From Bacteroidia bacterium (GTDB lineage Bacteria; Bacteroidota; Bacteroidia; NS11-12g; UBA9320), in assembly GCA_049115575.1 (NCBI GenBank), contig JAGDZU010000004.1:252294-316293 (forward strand): a stretch of 64,000 bases of DNA. Reading direction: 5' to 3'. The first letter of the stretch is position 1; every line of letters starts with the position of its first letter. This document shows, piece after piece, positions 47,812-58,193 of the stretch. The notes below the pieces were generated by a model. The model saw only the letters and a program-made list of their open reading frames with translations. It was not told the origin of the DNA and searched no databases. The translations under genes and the position numbers were made by a program.

Positions 47812-49044
47812 ATGCATACCTGGATAAACATAGATCAGCAATCAGATTTTAGCATTTACAATCTTCCCTATGGCGTATTTATGCGCGACGGACAGGCAAC
47901 ACCTGGTGTTGCAATTGGTGACTCCATCATAGATCTTAAAGCCTGTGCCATGCTAGGCATATTTGATCATATAGAATTCGACAAAGCCGTTTTTGACAGT
48001 TCAGTACTGAATGATTTTATTTCTACTGGTAAAAAGGTGTGGTCTGAAGTAAGAAAGACTTTACAAGAGCATTTGACCAATGAAAACTCCAAGTTGTTTG
48101 AATTCAAATCAAAACTTTTAGTTGATCGTTTACAGGCTGAAATGCGTCTTCCAATTCAAATTGGTGATTATACAGACTTTTATAGCAGTATAGAGCACGC
48201 TACCAATGTAGGCAAGATGTTTAGACCGGATAATCCATTGCTTCCAAACTGGAAACATATACCTGTGGGATATCACGGAAGAAGCAGTTCCATAGTAATT
48301 AGCGGCACAGACATTAAAAGACCACATGGACAAACAATGGCTCCAGATGCGAACAGTCCTTCTTATGGGCCAAGTAAAAGAATGGATCTTGAGTTGGAAA
48401 TGGGTTATGTGATTGGCAGACCAACTAAACTTGGCGAGCAAATAGATGTTAATACGGCTGAAGATTTCATTTTCGGGAAAGTAATATTCAACGATTGGAG
48501 TGCAAGAGACATTCAAAAGTGGGAATATGTTCCCTTAGGGCCTTTTTTAGGAAAGAATTTTGGATCGAGTATGTCTGCATGGATAGTAACCATGGAAGCA
48601 TTAGAACCTTTCAGATGTGAAAGCATTGCTCAAGAACCAGAGGTTCTGCCATACTTGCAATTCAGTGGGAATAAGAACTACGATATAAATCTTGAAGTAG
48701 ATCTTATAACAGAGGAAGGTAATGCCACAACCATTGCTAAAAGCAACTTCAAGTATATGTATTGGAACATGGCACAACAACTTGCTCACCACACTGTAAA
48801 TGGTTGTAATGTTAACGTTGGTGATTTAATGGCCAGTGGCACTATAAGCGGGCGAGATAAAGGCAGCTACGGAAGCATGCTGGAATTGAGTTGGGGTGGA
48901 AAAGAACAAGTTCAACTCAATGATGGCTCAAGCAGAACATTTATAAATGATGGCGACAGCATAGACATTCGCGCTTGGTGTGAAAAAGATGGAAAAAGAG
49001 TGGGATTTGGTAATTGTTTAGGGAAGATTTTACCTGCTGATTAA
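47812..49044 (+). CDS. Fumarylacetoacetase (FAH)
   Basis: It has the FAH N-terminal domain (NLPYGVF) and the C-terminal catalytic domain with conserved metal-binding acidic residues. The length is typical at 410 aa. Confidence 0.85.
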   Translation: MHTWINIDQQSDFSIYNLPYGVFMRDGQATPGVAIGDSIIDLKACAMLGIFDHIEFDKAVFDSSVLNDFISTGKKVWSEVRKTLQEHLTNENSKLFEFKSKLLVDRLQAEMRLPIQIGDYTDFYSSIEHATNVGKMFRPDNPLLPNWKHIPVGYHGRSSSIVISGTDIKRPHGQTMAPDANSPSYGPSKRMDLELEMGYVIGRPTKLGEQIDVNTAEDFIFGKVIFNDWSARDIQKWEYVPLGPFLGKNFGSSMSAWIVTMEALEPFRCESIAQEPEVLPYLQFSGNKNYDINLEVDLITEEGNATTIAKSNFKYMYWNMAQQLAHHTVNGCNVNVGDLMASGTISGRDKGSYGSMLELSWGGKEQVQLNDGSSRTFINDGDSIDIRAWCEKDGKRVGFGNCLGKILPAD

Positions 49045-49562
49045 TCAAACAAACCTGTTGAGATTAATATCTCAAACAAATACCACTTACCATTGATTTC
49101 TGTTACAGTGACTGGTACATCAATTTCTTCTCCTTTATAATCCATAAAAATGATTAGCGGCTTTGGTGTAGAAGGGCTGCCATCAGATTCGTATTTAAAG
49201 CTTTTATACTTGAGCTTAGATCTATCTATATCATTTTCATTAATTGCATTTTGAATATTGAGCATATTTTCCTCAAAGCGCTTTTTCATAGGAGCAATGA
49301 TTTCATTCTCCATTGTTTCGTTCTCAATCACTTTACCTGGAGTCATCATAATTCCAACAATGCCAGCCGTGAGTGCATATTCATCTAAGAGTGAATTATC
49401 ATTTTCAACAATTGCTCGAACAAAAGTCTTTGCCAACTTTTCTGGATTGTTGGTATTCATATGAGGAGCAACATTGCTTGTAGTTTCAGTTTTAGAAGCA
49501 CCACAACTTGCACTTAGCACAGTCAGTGCTATGAAAAAAATAGATAGAAAATTCTTAATCAT
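49041..49562 (-). CDS. Hypothetical lipoprotein
   Basis: It has a lipobox LSASC. No family is recognised. It overlaps the start of the upstream RRM gene. Confidence 0.45.
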   Translation of the reverse strand: MIKNFLSIFFIALTVLSASCGASKTETTSNVAPHMNTNNPEKLAKTFVRAIVENDNSLLDEYALTAGIVGIMMTPGKVIENETMENEIIAPMKKRFEENMLNIQNAINENDIDRSKLKYKSFKYESDGSPSTPKPLIIFMDYKGEEIDVPVTVTEINGKWYLFEILISTGLFD

Positions 49563-49869
49563 TCCTCGGCTTACGGGGTCTCAATTTTCTCCCAGTCTTG
49601 CTCAATTTAACATCATCTGATTTCTCAGGACGAGGTCTGGCGATTTGAACAGAAATTGGACGACCGTTGATTTTTCGAGTGTTAATGTTTTGAATAGCTG
49701 CTATGGCGCCATCTTGATCGGCCATTAATACAAATCCATAGCCTTTGGATTTTCTGGATTCTAAATCAATTAATATTTTAACTGATTTTACCTCTCCATA
49801 CTCACTAAACATCTGATTTAAATCATCTTCCGTAATAGTATAATCAATGTTAGAAACAAATAGGTTCAT
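49555..49869 (-). CDS. RNA-binding protein with an RRM domain
   Basis: RNP2 is LFVSNI and RNP1 is KGYGFVLM. There is a basic RGG/RK-rich tail. Confidence 0.8.
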   Translation of the reverse strand: MNLFVSNIDYTITEDDLNQMFSEYGEVKSVKILIDLESRKSKGYGFVLMADQDGAIAAIQNINTRKINGRPISVQIARPRPEKSDDVKLSKTGRKLRPRKPRND

Positions 49870-50003
49870 TGGTTACTGTTTTGTGTGATAAGGCAATCAA
49901 AAGCATGGCTAATGTGCTATCACTAACTAATATTACGTCAAATGTAGGGGTAAAAATTAATAATGACTCAAGTAGCGTCTTCGTTTTTCTATTTTTGCCT
50001 TGA

Positions 50004-51452
50004 ATGTTCAAACTCAAGAATTACATTAATGGAAAGCTTATAGAACCCGATAATGGAGCCTATATAGACAATTTTGACCCTTCATGTGGTCAAGTGTATT
50101 CTCAAATACCAAACTCTGGTAAAGAAGATGTAGAGAAGGCTATAGACGCCGCAAGAGCGGCATTTGACAGTTGGAGTAATTTAAAGAATACCGAAAGGGC
50201 TAGTTGGTTACAAAAAATATCAGACGGTATAGATGCCAAAATCTCAATATTAGCTGAAGCTGAAAGTAAAGACAATGGCAAGCCTCTTTGGCTAGCTGCT
50301 AAAGTGGATATTCCTAGAGCACGAGACAATTTCGCATTTTATGCTACTGCCATAAAACATTACGCTTCTGAAAGCCATAGAACTTCGGAGTTTGTGGTGA
50401 ATTATACAAGCAGAAAACCCATAGGAGTTGCCGCATGTATTTCTCCTTGGAATCTTCCATTATACCTCTTCAGTTGGAAAATTGCTCCGGCTTTAGCTGC
50501 GGGCAATACTGTTGTAGCCAAACCTTCTGAAGTAACTCCAATGACCGCTTATTTACTTTCTGAAATCTGTGAAGAAATCGGTTTACCTGCGGGTGTTTTG
50601 AACATCGTTCATGGCTTAGGAGGAGAAACTGGAAATCATATCATTTCTCATGATGATATAGACTTAGTATCATTCACTGGAGGAACCGCAACAGGTGCCC
50701 ATATCGCCTCTGTTGTTGCTCCAAAGTTTAAAAAGATGTCTCTGGAACTGGGTGGTAAAAACCCAAATATCATTTTCGATGACTGCGATTTCGATAAAGC
50801 TCTAAGAACAACGGTAAACTCCTCATTCTCTAACCAAGGTCAGATTTGTCTCTGTGGTTCTAGAATCTATGTGCAAAGAGGAATCTATGAGAAATTTAGA
50901 GATGCATTCGTAGCTAAAACCAAAAAGATGAAAGTGGGAGATCCTTCAGCTGAAGATTCTAGATTAGGAGCGATAGTTTCCAAAGCGCATTATGAGAAAG
51001 TGCTATCCTACATTGAACTCGCCAAAGAAGAAGGCGGAACGGTTTTAGCTGGCGGCAATTCAGTACAACTAGAGGGTGAGCTTGCCAATGGATGGTATAT
51101 AGCTCCTACCATCATTGAAGGTTTAAACGAGCAATGTAGAACCAATCAAGAAGAAATATTTGGGCCAGTGGTCACTATTCAAGTATTCGATACTGAAGAA
51201 GAAGTGATTGAATTAGCCAACAGTACAGATTATGGACTGGCTGCCACTATTTGGACAGAAAACCTTAGAAAGGCACATCGCATGGCTGATAAAGTAAAAA
51301 GTGGAATTATTTGGATTAATTGCTGGTTGCTCAGAGATCTTAGAACTCCGTTTGGAGGTATGAAAGACAGTGGTGTTGGAAGAGAAGGTGGATGGGAAGC
51401 ACTTAACTTCTTTACAGAACCCAAGAACATTTGCATTAAATATGACGAATAA
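50004..51452 (+). CDS. NAD(P)-dependent aldehyde dehydrogenase
   Basis: The ALDH motifs are present: ELGGKNP contains the catalytic Glu, and the catalytic Cys sits in QGQICLCGSR. Confidence 0.85.
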   Translation: MFKLKNYINGKLIEPDNGAYIDNFDPSCGQVYSQIPNSGKEDVEKAIDAARAAFDSWSNLKNTERASWLQKISDGIDAKISILAEAESKDNGKPLWLAAKVDIPRARDNFAFYATAIKHYASESHRTSEFVVNYTSRKPIGVAACISPWNLPLYLFSWKIAPALAAGNTVVAKPSEVTPMTAYLLSEICEEIGLPAGVLNIVHGLGGETGNHIISHDDIDLVSFTGGTATGAHIASVVAPKFKKMSLELGGKNPNIIFDDCDFDKALRTTVNSSFSNQGQICLCGSRIYVQRGIYEKFRDAFVAKTKKMKVGDPSAEDSRLGAIVSKAHYEKVLSYIELAKEEGGTVLAGGNSVQLEGELANGWYIAPTIIEGLNEQCRTNQEEIFGPVVTIQVFDTEEEVIELANSTDYGLAATIWTENLRKAHRMADKVKSGIIWINCWLLRDLRTPFGGMKDSGVGREGGWEALNFFTEPKNICIKYDE

Positions 51453-51480
51453 AAAAAGGGGCTTAACGCCCCTTTTTTAT
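51451..51480. terminator. Bidirectional rho-independent terminator between the aldehyde dehydrogenase (+) and the PUL lipoprotein (-)
   Basis: It reads A7-GGGGC-TTAAC-GCCCC-T6, and it begins at the stop codon. Confidence 0.7.
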
Positions 51481-51498
51481 TTTATCGAATACTGACTA

Positions 51499-51996
51499 TT
51501 AAAAGTCATCTTCTACAAATCCTGTACGTCTGTGTCCTGAGACAACGTACTCTGTTCCTGGAGTATCATCTCCAAATCCAACTACCATATAGATACTATC
51601 AGTAACTACACCAGTTTTAGATTTACCTCCGTCAGTAATTACCTTACCATTTTTGATAACGATATTCACTGGATATGCTTGGTTCTCTAAACTATCAGAT
51701 TGTCCAAAAGACATTCCTTCAGGATTTGCAGCAACCTTTGCTTTAAAATCCCAGAAATGTGCTTCATCAGACACCCAGATTTGAGCACCATCATTAGCTG
51801 CAGTGTTAAATGTTAACATGGTTGAGTAACCATGTCCAACATCTGTACCACCCAAATTATAGGTAACGTACCACTCACCAGCTATCTGATGCCCAGCATA
51901 CATTTCAGGTTCATACTCTTCTTGGCATGAACTGATAAATGCTACTAGAGCAATCAGCATTACTATTCCTTTTATTTTTTTCATGTTTTGTCTCAA
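51499..51996 (-). CDS. Hypothetical lipoprotein, PUL-associated (SusE/F-position)
   Basis: It has a lipobox ISSC and is a small beta-rich protein immediately downstream of susD. Confidence 0.45.
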   Translation of the reverse strand: MRQNMKKIKGIVMLIALVAFISSCQEEYEPEMYAGHQIAGEWYVTYNLGGTDVGHGYSTMLTFNTAANDGAQIWVSDEAHFWDFKAKVAANPEGMSFGQSDSLENQAYPVNIVIKNGKVITDGGKSKTGVVTDSIYMVVGFGDDTPGTEYVVSGHRRTGFVEDDF

Positions 51997-52722
51997 TTAA
52001 AGTGCAACTTGTGTTAACTGTATATCCCAGTTCCATCCAGTAAGAGCCCAATCACAATCAAAGCTAACTGTTTTAGCACCTGCGTCAACAGTCATTGCGT
52101 TAAAGGTGATGTCTCCACCCCATGTTGGGTGACTTGGAGTATTGAAACTGAAATCATTTGTTCCAATGTCATTTGCAGTAATTACTGTACCGCGAGCTGC
52201 ATAAGCAAGACCATAACCTAGATTTAGTTCGTAATAAGAACCAAAAGCACATGACATGCCAAAAGTTCCATCACTGTTCTTCCAAATTAGGACATACTCA
52301 GTTGCAGTTGTTTTAGGATCACCATTTCTAATGATTCTAGCGGTATAAAGACCTTCTATACTAGTAGTTAGGTCTCCAGTTTTAACCACATAAACAACAC
52401 GTCCAGCGGTACCGCTGAAACCATCTTTGTTGCTGGCAGAATAAGTTAATACGTATCTATCAGATACATTACCATCTACGGTGCTACCACCACGGTATTG
52501 TCCTACCGCTGAAGTTGTAACAGGAATACTATTACCACCTTCGCTGGCATCAACACCAGGATCTGTAAATGTTGTACCCAAGGACACAAACATTGGATCG
52601 GCTCCTGAAACTGTAAAAATCGGGTAGTTCGTTTCTCTTGCAAAACCACTAGTGGTATCTTTTTCACAAGAAGCTAGAACACCTACAGTCAATAAAGCCA
52701 AGACTAATTTTAATGTTTTCAT
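51997..52722 (-). CDS. Hypothetical lipoprotein, PUL-associated (SusE/F-position)
   Basis: It has a lipobox LASC and abuts the downstream lipoprotein gene. Confidence 0.45.
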   Translation of the reverse strand: MKTLKLVLALLTVGVLASCEKDTTSGFARETNYPIFTVSGADPMFVSLGTTFTDPGVDASEGGNSIPVTTSAVGQYRGGSTVDGNVSDRYVLTYSASNKDGFSGTAGRVVYVVKTGDLTTSIEGLYTARIIRNGDPKTTATEYVLIWKNSDGTFGMSCAFGSYYELNLGYGLAYAARGTVITANDIGTNDFSFNTPSHPTWGGDITFNAMTVDAGAKTVSFDCDWALTGWNWDIQLTQVAL

Positions 52723-52743
52723 AATTCTTTTTTTAATTATTAA

Positions 52744-54207
52744 TTATTTTTTATCCCACCAAACTTTTACTCCGATGCCTTGGGCGATTTGTGCAGGAGC
52801 GTTGGTATTTCTTTGTACTTCTCTATCAGGAACTAACAGTCTTCTTGGTGATTTACCTTGTGGTAAAACACTTCCGAAAGAATAAGTCAATTCTCCAACA
52901 TCAGCCGCCATTCCTTGATCTGCAGCAGCCTGGAAAGGAGGATACTGGGTTCTATTTCTCTCAAAGAAACCTTCAAGATTCATAAAGTTTGCCAGTGCTA
53001 TCCATTTCTGAACCATAATTGGTCCAATATCTGTCTCTACATCGCCAGTTGGAACAAATTCATATGTACCTCCTGTACCATATAATGCAGAAGCACCAGA
53101 CACTCCATGCATAGCAAATGAAGCCTCAATACCAGCCTCATAAGCCGCTTTAGCTCCAGAACCACTTGCATATCTCACCAATGCCTCAGCTACTAAGAAA
53201 TCTTTCTCAGCTACCATCATGAAGTAAACAGGATCTGTTGCCCCAATGTTTGGTGTAGATAATTCCCCGTTAGGAATGTCCCTATTTGCGAAGTCTCCTT
53301 GAATCTTAGCTTTATGGCCAGCTGAACCGGCAACATAAATTCCGTCAATTCTAGGATCCGCAGATAGTTGTAACATTTGAAGCATAGAAAGACTAGCTCT
53401 GTTATTTACATCTCCTAAACGACTAACTTGGATTTCGTAGTAAGGATTTCTCTTTCCTTGCTCTGCTCCAAAGTCAGCAAATTTGGCATCCTTAGTAATG
53501 AAGTTATCATCTGCAATCAAAGCGTTTACTGCAGCTGCATCTGCAGATGAAGTATAAGCCATACGCATGTACATCTTCAATTTCAAGGTATTTGCAAATC
53601 TGACCCATTCAGCCATATCGCCTCCGTATATAATATCACGAGTTCCAGGATCTAATCCAGCACCTCCAGAATTATAACGGCTAACAGCATCATCAATTCT
53701 ACTCAATAGAGCAGGATAGATATCAGCGCCATTATCAAACTTTGGGTTAAAGTTTAAAGATCCTTTTAAGGCATCATTGAAAGGAACATCATTGTAAAGG
53801 TCAGCCAACATCTGGAAAGAATATGCCTGAATCAATGTAGCAATCAGATAATATGCATTATCTCCACTTTCTGTTGCTTTATCTCTAATAATCTGCAGAT
53901 CATTTAAACCACCAGCATAAGCTTCTTGCCATTGGTTGTCGAATTTATCTGATGGTACATTGTACTCATCATAATCTTCATATTGACCTGCATCAGGTGC
54001 TTGAGTATAATATTGAGCCCAATACCCTCCTAAAGTTCCATAGTCTCCTCCAAAAGTTACCATCATTGATGATTGCGCTCCTGGTAATAATAAATCTATG
54101 GATACGTCTGATGGGTTGTTTGGATCATCATTAATATCAAAGAACTCATTACATGAGGTGGATACGAGGATCAAGCTTAAAAACAATACTTTATATAAAT
54201 TTTTCAT
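52744..54207 (-). CDS. susD: SusD/RagB-family nutrient-binding outer-membrane lipoprotein
   Basis: It has a lipobox STSC and TPR-like helical SusD architecture. It is 487 aa and lies directly downstream of susC. Confidence 0.85.
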   Translation of the reverse strand: MKNLYKVLFLSLILVSTSCNEFFDINDDPNNPSDVSIDLLLPGAQSSMMVTFGGDYGTLGGYWAQYYTQAPDAGQYEDYDEYNVPSDKFDNQWQEAYAGGLNDLQIIRDKATESGDNAYYLIATLIQAYSFQMLADLYNDVPFNDALKGSLNFNPKFDNGADIYPALLSRIDDAVSRYNSGGAGLDPGTRDIIYGGDMAEWVRFANTLKLKMYMRMAYTSSADAAAVNALIADDNFITKDAKFADFGAEQGKRNPYYEIQVSRLGDVNNRASLSMLQMLQLSADPRIDGIYVAGSAGHKAKIQGDFANRDIPNGELSTPNIGATDPVYFMMVAEKDFLVAEALVRYASGSGAKAAYEAGIEASFAMHGVSGASALYGTGGTYEFVPTGDVETDIGPIMVQKWIALANFMNLEGFFERNRTQYPPFQAAADQGMAADVGELTYSFGSVLPQGKSPRRLLVPDREVQRNTNAPAQIAQGIGVKVWWDKK

Positions 54208-54221
54208 TTTTGATTCTCTTT

Positions 54222-57200
54222 TTATAGGTTAAACATTAATGCAAATCCGTAAGATCTTGTTGTAGGGTTCGCACTGAACTCACCAAAACTAGACTCAATT
54301 GTGCTTGTACTCCATGAAGTTACTTCAGGATCAACAAATTGATTGTCAACAGGAGTCCAAAGGAACAAGTTACGTCCAATTAAACTCACTGTAACACCTG
54401 CAAATGGTGTTTTATCAGTGATGTTCTGAGGTAATCTGTAGCTCAATACAACTTCTCTCAGTTTAGTAAATGATTTATCGATCACATTCTGTCTGTCTAG
54501 AGCAGATGCTCTGTGATAATCATCCATATGTGCAGGATCTACTGGAATCGTATTTTCTACATAAGAGAAAGTACCATCACCGTTATCAATTTTCTGAACT
54601 GAATTAGGAACAACAAATGGCTTTCTGTCATTCAAGGTAGTTTTTACACTATTACCAGTAAAGAAGTTAATATCCGCTGTTCTTGAGAACATAAGACCAC
54701 CTTGACGAGTATCAAATGTAAATCCAAGGCTTAAACCTTTCCAAGACAATGAATTAGATATACCTAATATGTAATTGTTTTGTGCATTTCCATAATACTC
54801 CTTATCAGTTGCTGCAACTGGAACTCCATTAGCATCAACCACAATTTGATCTGGATTGTCAGGATTAGTTTCTGGAACTTCTCCTTTAAATATACCAATT
54901 GGCTGTCCTGCCACTGCAACAAATGCTGTAGTAGATAATCCACCAAGTGCTAATTCTTCAATAGAAGGATCTAGTTGATCTACATTGTTTCTGTTTCTAG
55001 TGAAGTTACCAGAAATCATCCAATTTAAACCATCCTCATTTCTAAGAATTCTATAAGAAAGAACAGCTTCAATACCTTGATTAGTAATTTGAGCTGGATT
55101 AGCAAAATAATAAGTCCAACCACTAGAAGGAGCCAATGATACTTGTAGTATTTGGTTTTCTGTAGTTCTATTATAGTAGGTGAAATCTACAATAATTCTG
55201 TTGTCCCAGAATTTCAAATCTGCTCCAATTTCCAACTCTTTAGTAATCTCTGGAGTTAAAGAAGGATTAGCAACTCTATTACCCATTTCAAAGGAGTTAA
55301 TTCCACTAGCCAAAGGATAATTAAATGTTCTCCAAGGCATGTAGTTCCCAGCTTGAGTATAAACTTGGCTAATCACATAAGGAGATGCGTCATTACCAGA
55401 ATGTCCGTATCCAACTCTCAATTTACCATAATTTAATATCTCAGGAATACCAGCAATTGCGTCAGTGAATACATAACTCACATTAGCCGCAGGATAAAAG
55501 AATGCTCTGTTTTCTTCAGGAAGAGTAGAAGACCAATCATTTCTAGCTGACACATTTAAGAATAAATAGTTTTTGTAGCTTACAGAAGCAATACCAAATG
55601 CTCCAACCAATCTTCTCAACGTTTCAGTCTCAGAAATATTAGGAGTTGCACCACTATTAGAAACATTGTAGAATCCTCCAATGTCAATTCCATTTACAGA
55701 CATGAATAGAGAATTAGTTCCTCTTTGGTTCATGTTAAGACCACCAGTCACATCTAAATTGATTAAAGAAGACAAGCTCTTATTCCAAGAAAGTAGGAAG
55801 TCATGGTTGAATTGAGTTCTGTTGTTCATTTGCTCACTTACGAAACCAGGATCATCAACACTACCTGCATTCACACCTTCTGGTAAAAGAATGGCTCTGT
55901 GAACATGTGTATTGTGATTCTCTATGTCATAACCAAATCTGTAAGTCGCACTTAAATTATCCAATATATCAATGGTAGTTTCTAAACCTCCATAGAACTT
56001 GGTTCCTTTATAGTCGTTTTGATTGCTGTTTAATATAAAGTAAGGGTTAGTTACACCATATGCTGTAAAATAGTCCTCTACATTATAATATTTAGCCGTA
56101 TAATCTTGCATATCTAATACAGACATGTCTCTTGGCAATTGCATGAGGTTATTATATATACCCTCTTGACCTTGCCCTGTTGGAACAAATCCCGTTCTAG
56201 TGTCTGCAAAATTCATTGTACCAGAAACTCTCACTTTACCAAAGCGCTGCATAGCTCTTAAAGCAATGGTATTCCTGTTGTAAACATCAATCGGTTTACC
56301 ATCTGTACCATCTGGGTAAATACCATCGTGATTTACATTAGAGAAAGATGCATAGAAGTTTCTATCTGCATTACCTCCATTGATAGCAACGTGGTTCTTT
56401 ACACTCATTCCAGTTTCAAAGAATTCTCTCACATTGTTTTCAAGTGGGCTAAATGGCTTCAATAGTTGAGAATTATCAACCACTCTGCCAAATACACGAT
56501 CTCTGTCATCCATGATTGGTCCCCAAGAACCATTCTCATCTAACCAGTGATTTCCATCCCATCCTTGACCAAATTTGTTTTGGAATTCTGGCATTCTCAG
56601 TACATCAAAGAAAGTTGTGTTACCAGAGTATGCTACTCCAATCCCTTTTGATTTTGTTGCAACACCTTCGTTACCTTTTTTGGTGGTAATCATAATAACA
56701 CCATTTGCCGCTCTTGACCCATATAAGGCAGTTGCATTGGAACCTTTCAAGATGTCCATAGAAGCAATGTCTTCTGGGTTAATAGCATTCAAACCATTTC
56801 CAAAGTCAAAGGCACCACTTAAATTATTGGAACCTAAACTTGAATTTGTAAGAGGAACACCGTCTACAACAATCAGTGGCTGGTTGCCTCCTGTCAGAGA
56901 TTGCAGCCCTCTAATTACCACACGTGTTGAAGCACCAGGATCTGTAGATGCAACGTTGATATCCACACCGGCAACTTTACCTTGAATGGAATTCAACACA
57001 CTACGATCACCACCTTCTGTCAAAGCCACATCACTCACCGAGGTGACTGAATAACCAAGACTTCGCGAAGACTTTTTGATGTTTTGTGCAGTAACTACAA
57101 CTTCACCTATTGTTTCGTCTGAAGGAGCCATCTTAACCGTAATCGTGGTTGATGTCCCTACTACTACTTCTTTCTCTTTTAAACCAAAAGAAGTAATGAC

Positions 57201-57419
57201 TAAAACAGGTTCAGCTGAAGTCAGATTGATGGTGAACGCACCATTGGCACCCGTATAGGCCCCGTTGGTTGTCCCCTTTTCTTTCACCATGGCCCCGATT
57301 ACACCTTGACCATTGTCATCCAGCACGGTACCTGTTACGGTACGAGTTTGAGCTTCTGTGATTAATCCTAAACACAGCAACGCACAAACCCCCAGAATTT
57401 GAATTAATTTCTGTTTCAT
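54222..57419 (-). CDS. susC: SusC/RagA-family TonB-dependent outer-membrane transporter
   Basis: It has a signal peptide and a carboxypeptidase-regulatory-like N-terminal domain, followed by a plug and then a 22-strand barrel. It is 1065 aa and the C-terminus ends in F. Confidence 0.9.
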   Translation of the reverse strand: MKQKLIQILGVCALLCLGLITEAQTRTVTGTVLDDNGQGVIGAMVKEKGTTNGAYTGANGAFTINLTSAEPVLVITSFGLKEKEVVVGTSTTITVKMAPSDETIGEVVVTAQNIKKSSRSLGYSVTSVSDVALTEGGDRSVLNSIQGKVAGVDINVASTDPGASTRVVIRGLQSLTGGNQPLIVVDGVPLTNSSLGSNNLSGAFDFGNGLNAINPEDIASMDILKGSNATALYGSRAANGVIMITTKKGNEGVATKSKGIGVAYSGNTTFFDVLRMPEFQNKFGQGWDGNHWLDENGSWGPIMDDRDRVFGRVVDNSQLLKPFSPLENNVREFFETGMSVKNHVAINGGNADRNFYASFSNVNHDGIYPDGTDGKPIDVYNRNTIALRAMQRFGKVRVSGTMNFADTRTGFVPTGQGQEGIYNNLMQLPRDMSVLDMQDYTAKYYNVEDYFTAYGVTNPYFILNSNQNDYKGTKFYGGLETTIDILDNLSATYRFGYDIENHNTHVHRAILLPEGVNAGSVDDPGFVSEQMNNRTQFNHDFLLSWNKSLSSLINLDVTGGLNMNQRGTNSLFMSVNGIDIGGFYNVSNSGATPNISETETLRRLVGAFGIASVSYKNYLFLNVSARNDWSSTLPEENRAFFYPAANVSYVFTDAIAGIPEILNYGKLRVGYGHSGNDASPYVISQVYTQAGNYMPWRTFNYPLASGINSFEMGNRVANPSLTPEITKELEIGADLKFWDNRIIVDFTYYNRTTENQILQVSLAPSSGWTYYFANPAQITNQGIEAVLSYRILRNEDGLNWMISGNFTRNRNNVDQLDPSIEELALGGLSTTAFVAVAGQPIGIFKGEVPETNPDNPDQIVVDANGVPVAATDKEYYGNAQNNYILGISNSLSWKGLSLGFTFDTRQGGLMFSRTADINFFTGNSVKTTLNDRKPFVVPNSVQKIDNGDGTFSYVENTIPVDPAHMDDYHRASALDRQNVIDKSFTKLREVVLSYRLPQNITDKTPFAGVTVSLIGRNLFLWTPVDNQFVDPEVTSWSTSTIESSFGEFSANPTTRSYGFALMFNL

Positions 57420-57524
57420 AAACTTAGCTTTACGTTTTTATTAATCTCAAAGTAATGCCTTGTCGGATGAAACAACAAATTTTAAGGACTAAAATTTTAC
57501 AGTTTTAATGTAAATACACGGCTG

Positions 57525-57557
57525 TTGAATAAAACTTAAAGGCTAGACCTATCTTTG
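57525..57557 (+). promoter_or_regulatory. Candidate Bacteroidota sigma-A promoter (-33 TTG ... -7 TAtcTTTG) for the DUF4290-murA-redoxin operon
   Basis: The TTG at 57525 and the TAnnTTTG at 57550..57557 have a 22-bp spacing. It is followed about 10 bp later by the ATG at 57567, implying a very short leader. Confidence 0.25.
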
Positions 57558-57566
57558 TCACTTAGA

Positions 57567-58193
57567 ATGGAACTAAACTATAACACCCAACAAGACCAGA
57601 TAATTCTTTCGGAATATGGACGAGGAGTTCAGGAATTGATAGAACATCTAAAAACAATAGATGACAGAGAAAAAAGGAACCGTATGGCAAAAACCATATT
57701 CCAAGTAATGATTAATCTGAATCCATCAGTTAAGGACTTAGATAATTATCAACAAAAGATTTGGGATCACATACATATTATGGGCAACCATGAACTAGAC
57801 ATCGACTCTGAATATCCAAAACCTGCGCTGGAAACACTAAGTTCAAAACCAGACCAAATGCCTTACAAAGGGGCTTTAACAAGATACAGGTTTTACGGTA
57901 GGAATCTAATAGAAATGATAGATGGCGCTAAAGATCTCCCAGAAAGTGAAATTAAAACCTCATATATTAACTACATAGCCTCATTCATGGTGAATTCATC
58001 GAACAATTGGAATGATGAAAATCTGGGTGCTGCACAGGTTTCGCAACATCTTTCTGATTTATCAGGTGGTAAGATCCAAATCAATCCAGAAGAGTTGAAT
58101 ATACATGTAGAGAAACAACGCAAACGCCCTACTAATACCAACAACAAAAACAAGGGTAAAAACAAAGGCAAGAAGAATTACAGAAGAAGATAA
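57567..58193 (+). CDS. DUF4290-domain protein with a basic K/N-rich C-terminal tail
   Basis: The N-terminal MELNYNTQQD...SEYGRGVQ is typical of DUF4290. Its stop overlaps the murA start. The ATG at 57567 is preferred over the TTG of the ORF track. Confidence 0.7.
   Translation: MELNYNTQQDQIILSEYGRGVQELIEHLKTIDDREKRNRMAKTIFQVMINLNPSVKDLDNYQQKIWDHIHIMGNHELDIDSEYPKPALETLSSKPDQMPYKGALTRYRFYGRNLIEMIDGAKDLPESEIKTSYINYIASFMVNSSNNWNDENLGAAQVSQHLSDLSGGKIQINPEELNIHVEKQRKRPTNTNNKNKGKNKGKKNYRRR

Noticed and set aside
56575-57258. Plus-strand ORFs inside susC
   Set aside because: They are antisense to a 1065-aa TonB-dependent transporter and have composition typical of reverse-frame artefacts.
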